Source: the human T2T-CHM13v2.0 reference genome, Homo sapiens. Taken from it: a stretch of DNA of 64,000 nt. The DNA lies in NCBI RefSeq assembly GCF_009914755.1, contig NC_060937.1; one strand, written 5' to 3'. This document shows, one piece after another, positions 37,927 through 51,325 of this stretch. The notes under the pieces were generated by a model, which made no database searches, had not been told where the DNA came from, and saw only the letters and a list, made by a program, of their open reading frames with translations. Made by a program: the position numbers and the translations under genes. How positions within the stretch are numbered: the first letter of the stretch is position 1; every line of letters begins with the position of its first letter.

Positions 37927-40790
37927 TGCACTTCTGAGCTTTTCTTAACAAATGCTTGTTGTATCGCAGCCTGCTTTTCTTAGATGTTTTCTTGCTGTTC
38001 CTTGTCTCTTTTATGTGATATTTTAACAACTTTTGAGAGTGTTCCTGATATTTCCCATTGTACTTTGTGGAGGCTTAACTGCCGATGCGAGTATACATTC
38101 GAATGACTGACTATTGGAGGGAGGTGGTGTGTTCACGTGAGCCTACATCCGAGGGTGCTCTTCGTAAGGGGTAGTTGTTGTTTTATAGCTCCAAATGGTT
38201 TTTTTATTCTCAGTGTAGCAACTGTTTGATTTCTTTCTGGATACAGCTGTATGAACACTTTTCTATTTTATACTGAAATCACACAGGTTTGTGATCTAAG
38301 TGCCAGAACCATGGAGGAGACTCTGGCCTTATCTGTAGGGACCTAAATTTTTTAAGTGCTATGAACACTGATCAAGTAGTTGTGGAGAGATGAGAAGAAT
38401 ATATGCAGCAAAGGTGCTGTGAGCCCAGTTCCAACGGCTGTGTTCTGGTAATCGTGCAGAACAGCATGTGGGCTCTGGGCCTTGGCAGGTGCACAGACGG
38501 GCGGGCGTCACGTGTGTTCAGAGCTTGTCTCCACCTCACGGCTCTGTGCTCTTCTGTGTGCTGCGTTGTGGCCGTGAAGTGGGAGCTCTCCTTTCCAAAG
38601 GCAGAGCTTACTGTCATGGCTCAGATGTTCACTCGCATCTTCACCCCAAACTTCCCTGAATTGCAGTGATTTCTGTTATAAGGCACATAGCAAGCCTGTA
38701 CCACTCTACAGTAAAATCTCTACACTAACAGTTTAAAGCCCGAAAGCTGAAGCATTCAGCCTCTGCAAGTGTAGACTACTGGACTGTAGTAGAGGCATTT
38801 GGAATACTTACAAAGTCAAGTGCTGTGGCTTCAGTTCCCCCGGCTCCCCACCCCTGACATCCATACTTATGTTGTCTGGAAGAGCCATGGACACATCATT
38901 ATTTTCAGCAACCAGCTGCAGTGAAACTCCATTTACAGCAACCCCATAGTATAAAACCACAATGCCTCATTGTAATGGGATATTGAAGTTCATTGAAGAA
39001 TTACTAGGTTGCCATGTGGCTCACTTATTTAAAAAAAAAAAAAAAACTCACCCGTTTTCCTGGGATTTGTTGTAAGGAGTTTTCACTGGCCTCACTCAGA
39101 CCAATTTCTGCTTCAAAAAGCACTGAATGTGACCTGTTGCATTCAGTTGTAGCATCAAATCCACACCTAGTCATTGCTTGAGGGGCCAAATTGTGTTCTG
39201 TCCCATGCACGCTCTATTTGGTGTTAAAATGGAACCTTACGGTTGTGTTTTAAGTATTCATTGAAACCAGCTTCAGAAAACAAGATGCCATAGTAAATTG
39301 AGAATAACATTTTTTCCTTCTTCAGGGTGGCTGTAATTCCAGGTGGCCGTGATTTCTTTCTTCCCCACTGCCCACTCCTTCGCCAAACCCACGTATTCAG
39401 TGTTCTGATCTTGTTTGTGCAGAGTGAACTCTGATGCAGTATCAGTCTTGTCCTGGGAGCCGGGTCCTGCTGCTCACAAGCCCAGAGCTGCCAGGGAGCT
39501 CCTGGCAGTAGCACGTTGTTTAGAAAGTTGGGTGGCTTCATTCAGCATGGAACAAGCTAATGGCACAGGAGACATCAGGGCAGCTGTTAATTCCAAATAT
39601 TTGTTCCCAAGTAGCTACTGAACTGCTCACACCATTGGAAGATTTTGTATTTTCATACCAATTAGTAAAAATAAGAACATTGAGGAGCAGTCAGAGCCCA
39701 GTGTTAATCTCCGGCAGAGATGGGGTTTATGTATGTTCAGCCAGATAGTAAATGGGATTTTTGGAGAAATAAGATAACTACAAAGTTTCTATACTTACTA
39801 TAAGTGGATTTAGAAGCGATTTTGGTTTTGTATTACATACGGTAGTCCTCTGCGTCAGGGAGCACTTTTTTGTTTGCCTCGAGACTACTCATTAGTGCAC
39901 TGGCTAAGCTGCCTTTGCCTTCTCGTAGGCGTGGGTTGCCTGTGTCATGGGCTGTGTAGACCACAACACTCAAACACAGTTGCTGCACTTGGATTTTCCT
40001 TTAATACCAAGTATCATTTGGTTATCTTACTGGGACATTTTCATTGATATTCTATACACCAAAGTTTTGACGGTTTACCATCATTCCATTTTGTACCAGT
40101 TAAAGGCATTTTGATGATGCTTTTTCTTGATGCTAAGATCACTGCAGAAGAATAACCTGACCTTTTCTTTGCATTTGTTTTGAATGTCTAACACCATTAG
40201 CTTTTGTGATCTGGTTAAGAAGTATTAGTGCCACAAGCCTGAAAAGACAGTTCTCCTGTGGCAGTGGCGATGTGGCATCCAGAGGGCCATTGTTTCTACT
40301 TTTGTGGGACTTCAGTCATGCTGATAATAGAATCTTCTGTTCATACAATTCTGTAATATTTATTTGTACAGTTAGTATTCTAATGAAAGGATGAAGAGTC
40401 TGAACTAGAAGGTAGGTGTAAGCCATCACCAGGCCTTTGCAAATGGCCTAAATGGTGTTCCCTTTGAAATAACGCTTGCCACAAGTATATAATAAGCTAT
40501 ATTAATTGTGTTTTGCATAAAATTGCCAAAACACAGTAATGTGTATATAGTGGTATAAGATCTTGAAAAAAATCTCTATAATTGTGCTCTTTATCTGTGA
40601 ATGGGAAAAGCCATTTTTAGTAGGTGACTACCATTTGAAAAACTCAATTGGATGTATATCTGAATGTTGCATTGTATTGTACAGTATGCATATTATTGTT
40701 TGTGGTTGCATATGGCAATGAAGTGTTTGTTTTATATTTAAAAAAACCTGTTATGTACAGTTGAAATAAATTTTGCATTTGCTAGCCCGT
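37927..40790 (+). other. ARHGEF7: Probable 3'UTR of the alternative terminal exon
   Basis: No transposon recognised over ~2.9 kb; AU/UG-rich distal part with TGTA motifs leading to AATAAA at 40765. The end position is inferred. Confidence 0.65.
40765..40770 (+). terminator. Candidate proximal (intronic) polyadenylation signal AATAAA
   Basis: TTATGTACAGTTGAAATAAATTTTGCATTTGC, with upstream TGTA elements and U-rich downstream sequence. Confidence 0.7.
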
Positions 40791-43700
40791 GGCTTTTAAT
40801 ATTTGTTACATGGGGGAGGGGAATAGCATAGTTTGCAGTGTAATATAATTTGGCTCTTCTACCTGAACGGAACATCTTCCAAAGGCAGGCAGGTGATAGA
40901 TAGAACCCTTCTGTCTGCCCTGATAGAAAAGCTTGCACTCTCTTAGATTAGCCGTGTTCTGGACAAGACGAAGTCACTCCTTGTACATTTCTTATTTCAT
41001 CTCTTTCCCGTTTCTTAAGAAGCTTTCAGTCACTGGCGGGTTTGTCTTCAGAAAGAAGCATTATTTTTTGTGTGTGCGCATAAATGGGAAAAAGCACAAC
41101 TTTAAAATGTTTTTATTTAGACTAAGGCCAGTTTTTAATTTTTGTTTTATAAAGTGCTTATCCAGCTAAGAGAGTAATGAAGCAAAATAAAGGGAAAGGA
41201 AACGAAGTACCTGGTGGCAGGTATAGTGATAGGACAAGGTGCAGACAGTAAATGTAGAAAACTCTCTCAGCACAAGTTGGGAGTTTTCCTAAGAAAAGTA
41301 AATTAGACCCTTAGAGCCATAAATAACAAAATGGCCTAGATGACTTTTGGAGAGAGATTACTAAATCGTTTTTAAGTGTAGTTGTATTTTGCTCCACTGT
41401 GAATGTTATTTGATTTTCAGTTGATTAGAGATGCAGATTTTAGAAAAGATAATGAATTTAAGAAGGTGAATTATCCTGCACATGTCCTGGTTCACTGGCC
41501 AGATAGACAGGTGTTCTCTTCTGATGAACTTACCCTGTTTTTAGGCTTTTGGTACAGGCAGGCTTACACAAGCATGCATGCACACCACACTGGTGCCTGG
41601 GCTGGACAGTTGCGCTGCGTTGCTCCTGGAGCAGTTAGTTGTGTGTCGTCAGATAAGGCCCCAGAGTGGTGTCTAACAGCCAAGCGTGGTGGTCGCGAGC
41701 TGGCACTCGGGGCCCCAGGGGTTGATCAGCACTGTGTTGCTGCTGTAGCCAGTCATCTCGTCTATGAAATGGAAATGCTGGGTTAGATCTGTGTTTCTTA
41801 AACGAAGTTCCATAGTTCTCTAGAGATGTGTGACTATTTGGGGTGGGGGAGGGGCAGGGTTCTCAGACATCCCTAAAATGTTAAGTTTTGTGCTCATGTT
41901 AACACACATGTGTACCAGCCTTCTGTGGCTCACACCTCTGAGTGTTGCTGTGGGGTCCTGGTGCCCCCTGGGGTCTCCAGTCGTGTGGCACACAGCAGCC
42001 CCTGAGAGTGGAATGCTTGCTGCAGGATTTTTCAGCACTGGGCAGGCAGACACCGAGCATCTACAGGCACATTCTTGGAGTCCTCGAGTTTGAGAAGTGC
42101 TGGATTGGTGTTAAGTATAAATTATTTCATTATATTCGTGTTTTTCTTACTCCCACCTCCATACGGAAATAAGAACCAACCAGCTGTTTTGTGTATGTGG
42201 TTATAGAAATAGATTATAAGCTGATCTAGCACTTCTCAAAATGTTAGCCACAAAACCACAAGATGTCAATAATGATATTTAAAAGAAAAAAAGTTCAGCA
42301 CTCAAATGCATTTCAGAAATGCTGAATGAAAGTTAAGTGAGTATTTTTATGGCAGACTTCATCAGAGCCTGTACTGTGCTAAGGGTGCGCTGTGATTCTC
42401 CGAGAAGTGTAGCCCACAAGATTTCCCGAAACGATGTGTTGTGGAACCCCTCTCATCTCCCAGAAACAAAACAGTTTGGGAAACACAGATCTTGACTGTG
42501 CTAGAACCATCATGAATGTGTTCATCTCTGTCTGAGCCTCTGTTATGGATTTTAAATAAAGCGAGAGAACATTATCGGATCATTCTGCTGTTAAATTGTT
42601 TTTCCATTCTAGGTAACTCAGGGAATAATGTGCTATGATGTCTCTAAAAACACTTAATAATTTCTGAGATAACTTGTTAAATCTGCTTTCTAAAACATCG
42701 TTCTTTAAAGAAGTAGTCAACTTACGTAAACCTGGCTAGAGAACATTTCTTTGTTGTTTTTTGAAAGGTAGTAAAAACTTTTCAATCATTTTAGAAAAAC
42801 TGTATGTTGAAAACTAGGCAGATTATTAGAATTGCATAATTTCTAGGCGTGTTAATAATCCTCATTTACAAGCTTCCTAGTTCGCCATCAGATCCGTAAA
42901 TGGCATTTTTCACATTGGTGCATTTCAGGAATCAAGCAGTACATCCTATCTGTGATACAACATTTTCCACCTTACATTTGTGTATCCCTAAATCCTTCTC
43001 GCATGCTTTAAGTGTAGCTGTAGAAATAAGACCTGTGCCGGGCACATACAGTAACCGTACCAGTTCTTAGAGGCTTAGTTCCTCCAATCATGCTACATAA
43101 TGGAATGACTTTTACCTTTATGACTTCATCTGTTAAAAGATATTTACAAAATGTAATATTTAAATCCTCAGAACAGCTCCAGAGAATTAGTTTTGCCGTG
43201 CTTTGTAAGTCATGAAATTGAGACTCAGTGCTTAAGTGCTGTGCCCAGGTTAACTGAAAAGACTCACCACGAGGGGCGTCCTGGTTCTGGCTGGAGGCAG
43301 TGGACACGTGGCTCATGGCCTCACAACTCCCGTACGGAAGTCGACCCCGTGTCTGACCCATTTCTTTACAAAGTTGACATTCTTTGTGATCCTATTTTAT
43401 GTCATTCGAAAATGTTAATGTTGGAAACAGATGATATAAACAGGTTGTCTAGGAAGCTAGAAGAGACAAAAATAATTGAAATACAGAATTTACTTTGCCT
43501 GATCCGCAGTTACATAACTTTTTCCAGTGTGTCTCATTAGTGAATCCATTTGAAGAAATGTGTAGCAAACAATGTGAGATACACAAGTGATGCTTTTGTG
43601 AATTTGACTCTGAAACAGTCATCAACTGTCTGGGCTCAAAGCAGGACAACTGGATAATTGGTGGGAAAATTAGTTGACTAAAATGTGCGATGTTATCAGT

Positions 43701-44920
43701 GGACTTCTCTTTGCAGGGAAGAGTAAGTGAAGCCATTTGATTTCTTCACATGTGGTATAAATATCTGAATCTTTATGAATATTCTGGATTTTCTTTGTTT
43801 CATTTTTTATTTTCTATGAAATTTCTGTATCTTTTGGGCAAATAGCACATGAATTAACATTTTCTGGTAGAAACATGGGTACCCTTTGTATTTGTATGAG
43901 AAACACTGGCAGCTTCTCCACCTGGCTGGCACCCCATGCTCTGCTGTAATATCCCTCCCACATCAGTTTCCTTCCTAAGCAGTATCTTCCCGTGTGGCCC
44001 ACGTGTCTCAGCAGCATTACCCGTTAGCCAGGAAGGGCCCACCAGAAGGCAGCCCAGGGCCCACTACCCTCAGGGTCCTCTCCCGTGGCCTCTTGGAGCA
44101 CAGGCACCTGGAGTGTCAGGAGTCCTTGCAGCCCAAAGGGCTGTCTCCGTCCTTGTCTCCTGGACCTGTAGAGATTCCTAGGGCTGATACTACCAGCCTA
44201 ATGTTTTAAAAAACGTTTTTCTGAAATCATATCTTGCAGTCCTGTCTGAATCTTCTGTCCGAAAAGTTATTCCCGAGACATAGGTCACCGTGTGTGCGGG
44301 TGGGTGGACTGTGGCCCAGGGGACGCATGTGAGGAGCTGGGCCCTCTCCTTCACTCCCTGACAGTGTCAGGTCTGCTGCTGCCAGCTGGTAGCACAGTGG
44401 AGACACAACAGCATGAGGGGGAGGGAGGGTCGCCTTTGAAGGGGCATTTGGCCCACTTTAACAACAGCCGCAGGTGTGCCAGCCATGGCTTGTGACTGAA
44501 TTTTAAGTGCTACCTTTGATCCTAAGATCCTGCAGTTACCCTCATTTTCCATTATCGGTGTGGCAAGTGTCTCCTGAAGCTTGTGCCAGGTGACAGAGCA
44601 GCACTTGGTTGCTTTCCCAGGACGTCATCTTATCTTCTTATGCCCGCGAGGATGAAGGAGCAGTGTCTTGATTTTGTTCAGTCCCTGAATTTCCAGTTTC
44701 CCAGGGGTTCCATTCTGAGGAGTGGAGCAGGTTTTGCAGACGCACAAGGGGCAGCACCTGGCCAGTGAGCTCCAGGCCTGGTTCCTGTTGCACGCTGCTG
44801 TGGAAATAACAGTGGTGCCCTCGCGTGTCAGGAACGTCTTATGAGACATCTTAAGCTTTGGCATCATCCTTAACCTTGTTCTGCTCAGGGGAGCCTAAGC
44901 GTGCAGTAAAATGCTGGTGA

Positions 44921-45232
<312 letters not shown>

Positions 45233-46339
45233 TGAAGCCATTCTTTAAAATCCCGTCTTCATAAAACATTCGTATTGTACTGAGCTTTCCTGTGACAGTG
45301 AGGCTGCACAGCAAGTGCCTTTCTTATGATCTGACAAACTTTTAGGAACAAGCAAAAGGCGGGCCAGAAGAAAGACCCAGCAAGCGGAAGCACTGTAGTT
45401 TCCATAGTTAGCGAGCGTGTCTCCAACATGAGTGTCCCTTCTTCATGGAGAAATGTTTCTCATGGTACCGCTTGCAGGTGCTTGTGTTCTGTGATAGATT
45501 ATAGCCTTCTGATTTGCATCTGGCATAATTTTTCAAAAATATAAATGGTACACGTTGTACCATATAATCTTCAAGAAAATATTTTCTTTAAGAAAAGATT
45601 TTCTCCCTTGCATCATTAAATACAATTTGATTCTCTTCCTCACCTTTTAAAATGAGTATTTTGATTTCCTAATTTCTAAAGTACATATTTTGCAACATTT
45701 ATTGAGGGCCTTTCCCATATAAGCTCTTGTGTAGGTGTTGGTTAAATGACAGAAATGTTCTGACATTGTGAGCAGTTTGCTTTCATTTAGAAAAATGTTT
45801 ATATTTTAGGAAATATAAAGTTTTCATAAAGGACCAAATAATGTTATTTTTTCTAAACCATGTGCTATGATGCTGTAATATCTTGATTATTAAATGTTGC
45901 TGTAGAGTAAAATGTTTTTATTGCCAGATCTTTGATGTATAAACACTCACTGTATATGTTCTGATTGGTCTCATATGTCTTTGCTGAAACTCTTGGAATA
46001 ATGGCTCAAAATGGGATGAATATCCAGAGCAGTACAGTCACAACCTTTAACTTCCTCCCTGTTGAAAATGCTGGGGTTTCAACAATCCGTAATTCCAATT
46101 TGAAAAGGGCTACAGTTTCCTTCCCTCTCTGGCTTTGGTCATGAGGAGGCCTGGGCTCGGTAGACAGAGGTGAAGAGAACTGGTAAAAGATGCCCTCCTC
46201 TAGCTTGCCTGGATGAACGTTTTTAAATGCATAATTGCTAGAACTTAATATTTAAGTGACATGGTATAGTCAAGTTGTTTTTCTTCATTCTGCCATGGTA
46301 TTCGCCTGAGGTTTATTTATTATTTTTTCATGATCCTAG

Positions 46340-46853
<514 letters not shown>

Positions 46854-47069
46854 TAAAATGTCTTCATAGACTGAAGTTGCCCTTGACTAGGCTTGAACCT
46901 GCCATGCACAGAGGTTGGCAGTTTTTAGTTGTGAATGTAGACAGTACATGGGTAAGGCAGAGCAGCTCCATGTCCTCCTCTCAGCATCGTAGTGTCTCCT
47001 GGTAAGTTTTCGTGTGTCCTCTCCATGCCTCACCTTGTTCATGTGTGTGTGTTCTGTTTCCTGTTTCAG

Positions 47070-47124
47070 GAGTCTTGTGGATACCGTATATGCATTAAAG
47101 GATGAAGTTCAAGAATTAAGACAG
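47070..47124 (+). CDS. ARHGEF7: ARHGEF7 coding exon, start of the coiled coil: KSLVDTVYALKDEVQELRQ
   Basis: tttcctgtttcAG|GAGT ... AGACAG|GTacgt; 55 nt, phase 2-0. Confidence 0.97.
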
Positions 47125-47202
47125 GTACGTCATAATCCATCTTTAAATCTTTTTTTTCTTTTCAAATGGGAGAAAAGAAGAAAATTACATTAAAAATAAG
47201 CT

Positions 47203-47521
<319 letters not shown>

Positions 47522-47800
47522 CTAAAAGGAGGTCATGTCTTTGAGAAGTCCAGCAGATAAAATAATTGGTTGTCTCTAAAGTGACTTGTTTAAACTCTTT
47601 TTTTTTTCTTAACAATACTGATTTTGATGTCATAAAACATCGCAAATTCTGTTGGAAGAATAATTTAAAATATCGAAAGTTCTGTCTGGTGACAAATCCT
47701 GCGAGGCGCCCCTGAGATTAGCCTCTGCCACTGCATGGTCCTTGGCTCCCGAAGCCAGGTTAGCGAGCCAGAAGTGGCGACTAACCAAGGGTGTTCTGGG

Positions 47801-47941
47801 CATTGCACGGAATGTGAGTATGAGCAGCTTTGGTCCTCTGCCCAGCTAGGCGAGGGAAGGTTGGGGTGTTCATTGCACGGAATGTGAGTACGAGCGGCTT
47901 TGGTCCTCTGCCCAGCTAGGTGAGGGAAGGTTGGGGTGTTC
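47801..47941. repeat. Tandem duplication, 70 bp x2
   Basis: CATTGCACGGAATGTGAGTA...GAGGGAAGGTTGGGGTGTT at 47801 and 47871, three mismatches. Confidence 0.93.
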
Positions 47942-48582
47942 TTTTGGCCGAGGAACAGCCTGAGAAGAGTTGTGGTCTGGGATAGAGAGCTGAGAGCAGG
48001 TTGCTGTGTGGAACTGGACATGTGCTGTCATTCTAAGCAGTGTCCGCAGGTCTTCCAGGTACACCTTTGCCTGGCTGGCAGGCTTCCATGTTCACGCTTT
48101 GCCCCTACCGGCAGCAGGCATCTGTTTGTGCATGCCTCCTACGTCCGAGACATGCCTGGGTTCAGCTGCACAGAGCAGGTGCTCGCCCACTTGCTCCTGC
48201 ACCTGTCAGTGGCTGTTACTTCCAGTCCTTTCTGTAACTCTGGAAGGTGGTTATAAATGGACAAAAAGGCTGGATAGGAGCTGTCTCGTCCGCAGTTTCC
48301 AGCTATTTTCTTACGGTATGTTCTATAGAGATTCATTCATGGACTTAATAAGAGCCATTAGGACCATTTCCATCCCGGGAACAGCAGCACAGTCAGGAGC
48401 ACCGCTGCCACCCTGTCCAGGTGTTTGACCTTCGTGGATCCCCACGACCTCAGAGCCCATAGGCAGCTCACGTGGGATTTCATGAATCGAGGCCTTAGCT
48501 CCTCAAGGATACACATTTGGGGAAAGGAAGCCCTACGCGATGCCAAAGATAGTGAACACCCTGTGGTCTGCTTAATTTACAG

Positions 48583-48705
48583 GACAACAAAAAGATGAAG
48601 AAATCTCTAGAGGAAGAACAGAGAGCCCGCAAAGACCTGGAGAAGCTGGTGAGGAAAGTCCTGAAGAACATGAATGATCCTGCCTGGGATGAGACCAATC
48701 TATAA
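48583..48705 (+). CDS. ARHGEF7: ARHGEF7 last coding exon, coiled coil plus PDZ-binding motif: DNKKMKKSLEEEQRARKDLEKLVRKVLKNMNDPAWDETNL*
   Basis: cttaatttacAG|GAC; stop TAA at 48703-48705; the class I PDZ ligand ETNL is the known beta-PIX C-terminus. Confidence 0.98.
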   Translation, partial: DNKKMKKSLEEEQRARKDLEKLVRKVLKNMNDPAWDETNL

Positions 48706-51325
48706 GGGACGTCCTCAGTTCTTTCTGTTGAAGACCAGTTCTGAGGTGAAGCTGGGCACCCCTGACCCAAGTCGGGGTGCACTCAGGACCACAGGGCAGG
48801 GCTGGGTGGGGCGCCACCTTGCTCTCTGTATATAGAAAAGCTGGAGCTTATTCTGCGAATGGAGACGATCAAACCATGACTGATGAATCCAGACAGGAGG
48901 GATTGACTCTGAGGACCTGAGCTACATCAATCCACTCTGTGAACATCTCAGTTACCTCATTCTGCAATAAGTTCAGTGACTGACTAAAAGTCTTGTTTTT
49001 CCAGACTTTGAATTGAATATATAAATATTATATATACATGTTTCTTGTAAATATCCCATTTTGAATGCATACCTGTGGTGGTTCTGTCCGGGCTAATCCC
49101 CATGCTAGAATGTCCTTTCCAGCTACGTGAATAAGAAGTCCCATGCCCGCACCCACCGGAAGCAGAAGCCTGGTGGATGCCTGGTTCGTTCCGCAGCACC
49201 AGGGCCTCCACCGTGCTGTGGCAGCACCCCCCATGTCGGTATTTCTAAATAACCTTATTTATACCTGCAGAGATACACTTCAGTCCCATTCAGAAGTCTT
49301 CTCTTAAAGCAGCATTACAGTCCCAGACCTGCGGGTTTCTGAGGGCAACTTGCTGGCTGACAGACTCAGTCTTGACCTCAAGGAAGGCCCATACGGCACT
49401 GCCGCATCCACCTAGAGGTGTTTGCTCTTGTCCGCTGTCTGAGTACTGTGATTCTCAGATGAGTTTGCTGCGTTTTGGGAGGACACAGACGGTTCTGTAT
49501 AGGCTAGTTCAGTAACAACAAAATACACTGTTTTGTCTTCCCTCAAAGAGAGATCTTACTAGAACCTGTAAATAGAATGTATTATTTATTATAAGTCACT
49601 GCAGCTGATGAAAACAGATGGAGGCCATGCTGCAGGCTGATACTGATGGGTGGAGTTTTGTCATCAGGCCAGCCTCATCCCGAGGTCTCCTCCACCATTG
49701 GCCGTAGCCAGCAGGCTTCAGTGCTCACCGAAAGTAAAATCCCCTCCTTCAGCAAGAATAAAGCAATATACACCTTAGGTTCCACTAAGTAACATAGGCA
49801 TAAGCAGGGAACGTTTCCCCCACTGTGTTCCAGTGCAGAGGAGACGAAGCCTGTCCTCACCGCGGCTCGCTGGGCCCAGGCTGGCTCTGGAAAGCCTGTG
49901 CGGTCCTGGGCAGGAAGCCCGGCCCGTGGAGCAGGTTTTCGTTCTGCTTCAGCAATAAATAAGGGTGACCACAGGGACTTTGCTTTTGGTTTCCTTTCCT
50001 GTGAAAAGGTTGGTTTTAAAGTGAGGTACACTTTTCCGTAGAACAAGTGTTCTATCTTTAAAAACCCAAATTGCAGCACCGTGGATTACTGGTCTCAGAA
50101 CAACTCATTGCGCATCAGATTTGACTCTCTGATTTTCTGTCTATTGGCCAAATTGCCCTTTAACTGCACCTGAATCCTTTGTGTACTGATGCCTTTGAGC
50201 TGGGCACCTTGGGAGAGTGTTGTGTTGCTGTTTACGGTTCTTCCTTGCCCTTGCTAATTACAGTCTCTGGTGCCCAGCAAGCCCCTTTGGCTTCCTTCCG
50301 TGACTGGTCACGTTGTCTGCCTGGGCTCAGCGTGGACCTGCCCCATGCTGCAGAACCTGGCCTCACCTGGACTTTTCACTAGAATTGCCAGCTTCCTCAA
50401 CTTAGCAGATCATTCACTCATGCGGGCACAAGCAAAGATCAACACTTTCTTTTTTGGTAAGCTTGAGTTTTACAAGTTATTTTTTGGTGATGCGTAAGAC
50501 ATTGCAGTGGGAAACCATTCAACTTGAGTTTATTGGAGTTTGCTGTTGTAGCAGGTTTTAACTCAGGAACAACTCTTGTCTGATCTCTCCGCCCCTCTGC
50601 CGGGAGGCGACATTAACTGTCCTCTCGGAGCCGGTAGCGTTGCTGTCCGAGTCCCCAGGACGGATCTCCTGCAGACCTGCCTTAATGCTCAGATCGAAGT
50701 ATTTCACAAGAATACTTGTGTTTTTAACAGCCCTTCCCCTGGACGGTGCGGCCATGAGGGCCTCATGTTACGGCATTGCCTTTTCTTTCTGTGGATCCAG
50801 TATCTTCCTCGGCTTTTTAGGGAGCAGGAAAAATGCGTCTGAGAGCAACTCTTTTTAAAAACCTGCCCTGTTGTATATAACTGTGTCTGTTTCACCGTGT
50901 GACCTCCCAAGGGGGTGGGAACTTGATATAAACGTTTAAAGGGGCCACGATTTGCCCGAGGGTTACTCCTTTGCTCTCACCTTGTATGGATGAGGAGATG
51001 AAGCCATTTCTTATCCTGTAGATGTGAAGCACTTTCAGTTTTCAGCGATGTTGGAATGTAGCATCAGAAGCTCGTTCCTTCACACTCAGTGGCGTCTGTG
51101 CTTGTCCACATGCGCTGGGCGTCTGGGACCTTGAATGCCTGCCCTGGTTGTGTGGACTCCTTAATGCCAATCATTTCTTCACTTCTCTGGGACACCCAGG
51201 GCGCCTGTTGACAAGTGTGGAGAAACTCCTAATTTAAATGTCACAGACAATGTCCTAGTGTTGACTACTACAATGTTGATGCTACACTGTTGTAATTATT
51301 AAACTGATTATTTTTCTTATGTCAC
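48706..51325 (+). other. ARHGEF7: ARHGEF7 distal 3'UTR (~2.6 kb)
   Basis: Follows the stop codon, has no recognisable repeats, and ends after ATTAAA at 51298 with a GU/U-rich downstream element. The cleavage site is inferred. Confidence 0.8.
51298..51303 (+). terminator. Distal polyadenylation signal ATTAAA
   Basis: TGTAATTATTAAACTGATTATTTTTCTT followed by GTGTCGCTTCGTCTTCTTTGATGTGTTTTCTGTGTG (CstF-type GU-rich element). Confidence 0.8.

Noticed and set aside
39031-39046. A16 run as a transcript end or retrocopy tail
   Set aside because: Genomic A tract with no canonical signal or element body upstream. It is more likely an oligo-dT internal-priming artefact site within the alternative 3'UTR.
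47067-47072. NAGNAG tandem acceptor CAG|GAG
   Set aside because: GAG is rarely used as an acceptor, and the proximal CAG gives the expected protein.
49443-51035. Single miRNA seed matches in the 3'UTR (GTACTGT 49443, TGCCTTA 50678, GCACTTT 51029)
   Set aside because: Isolated 7-mers are expected by chance in 2.6 kb and cannot be supported without conservation or AGO-CLIP data.
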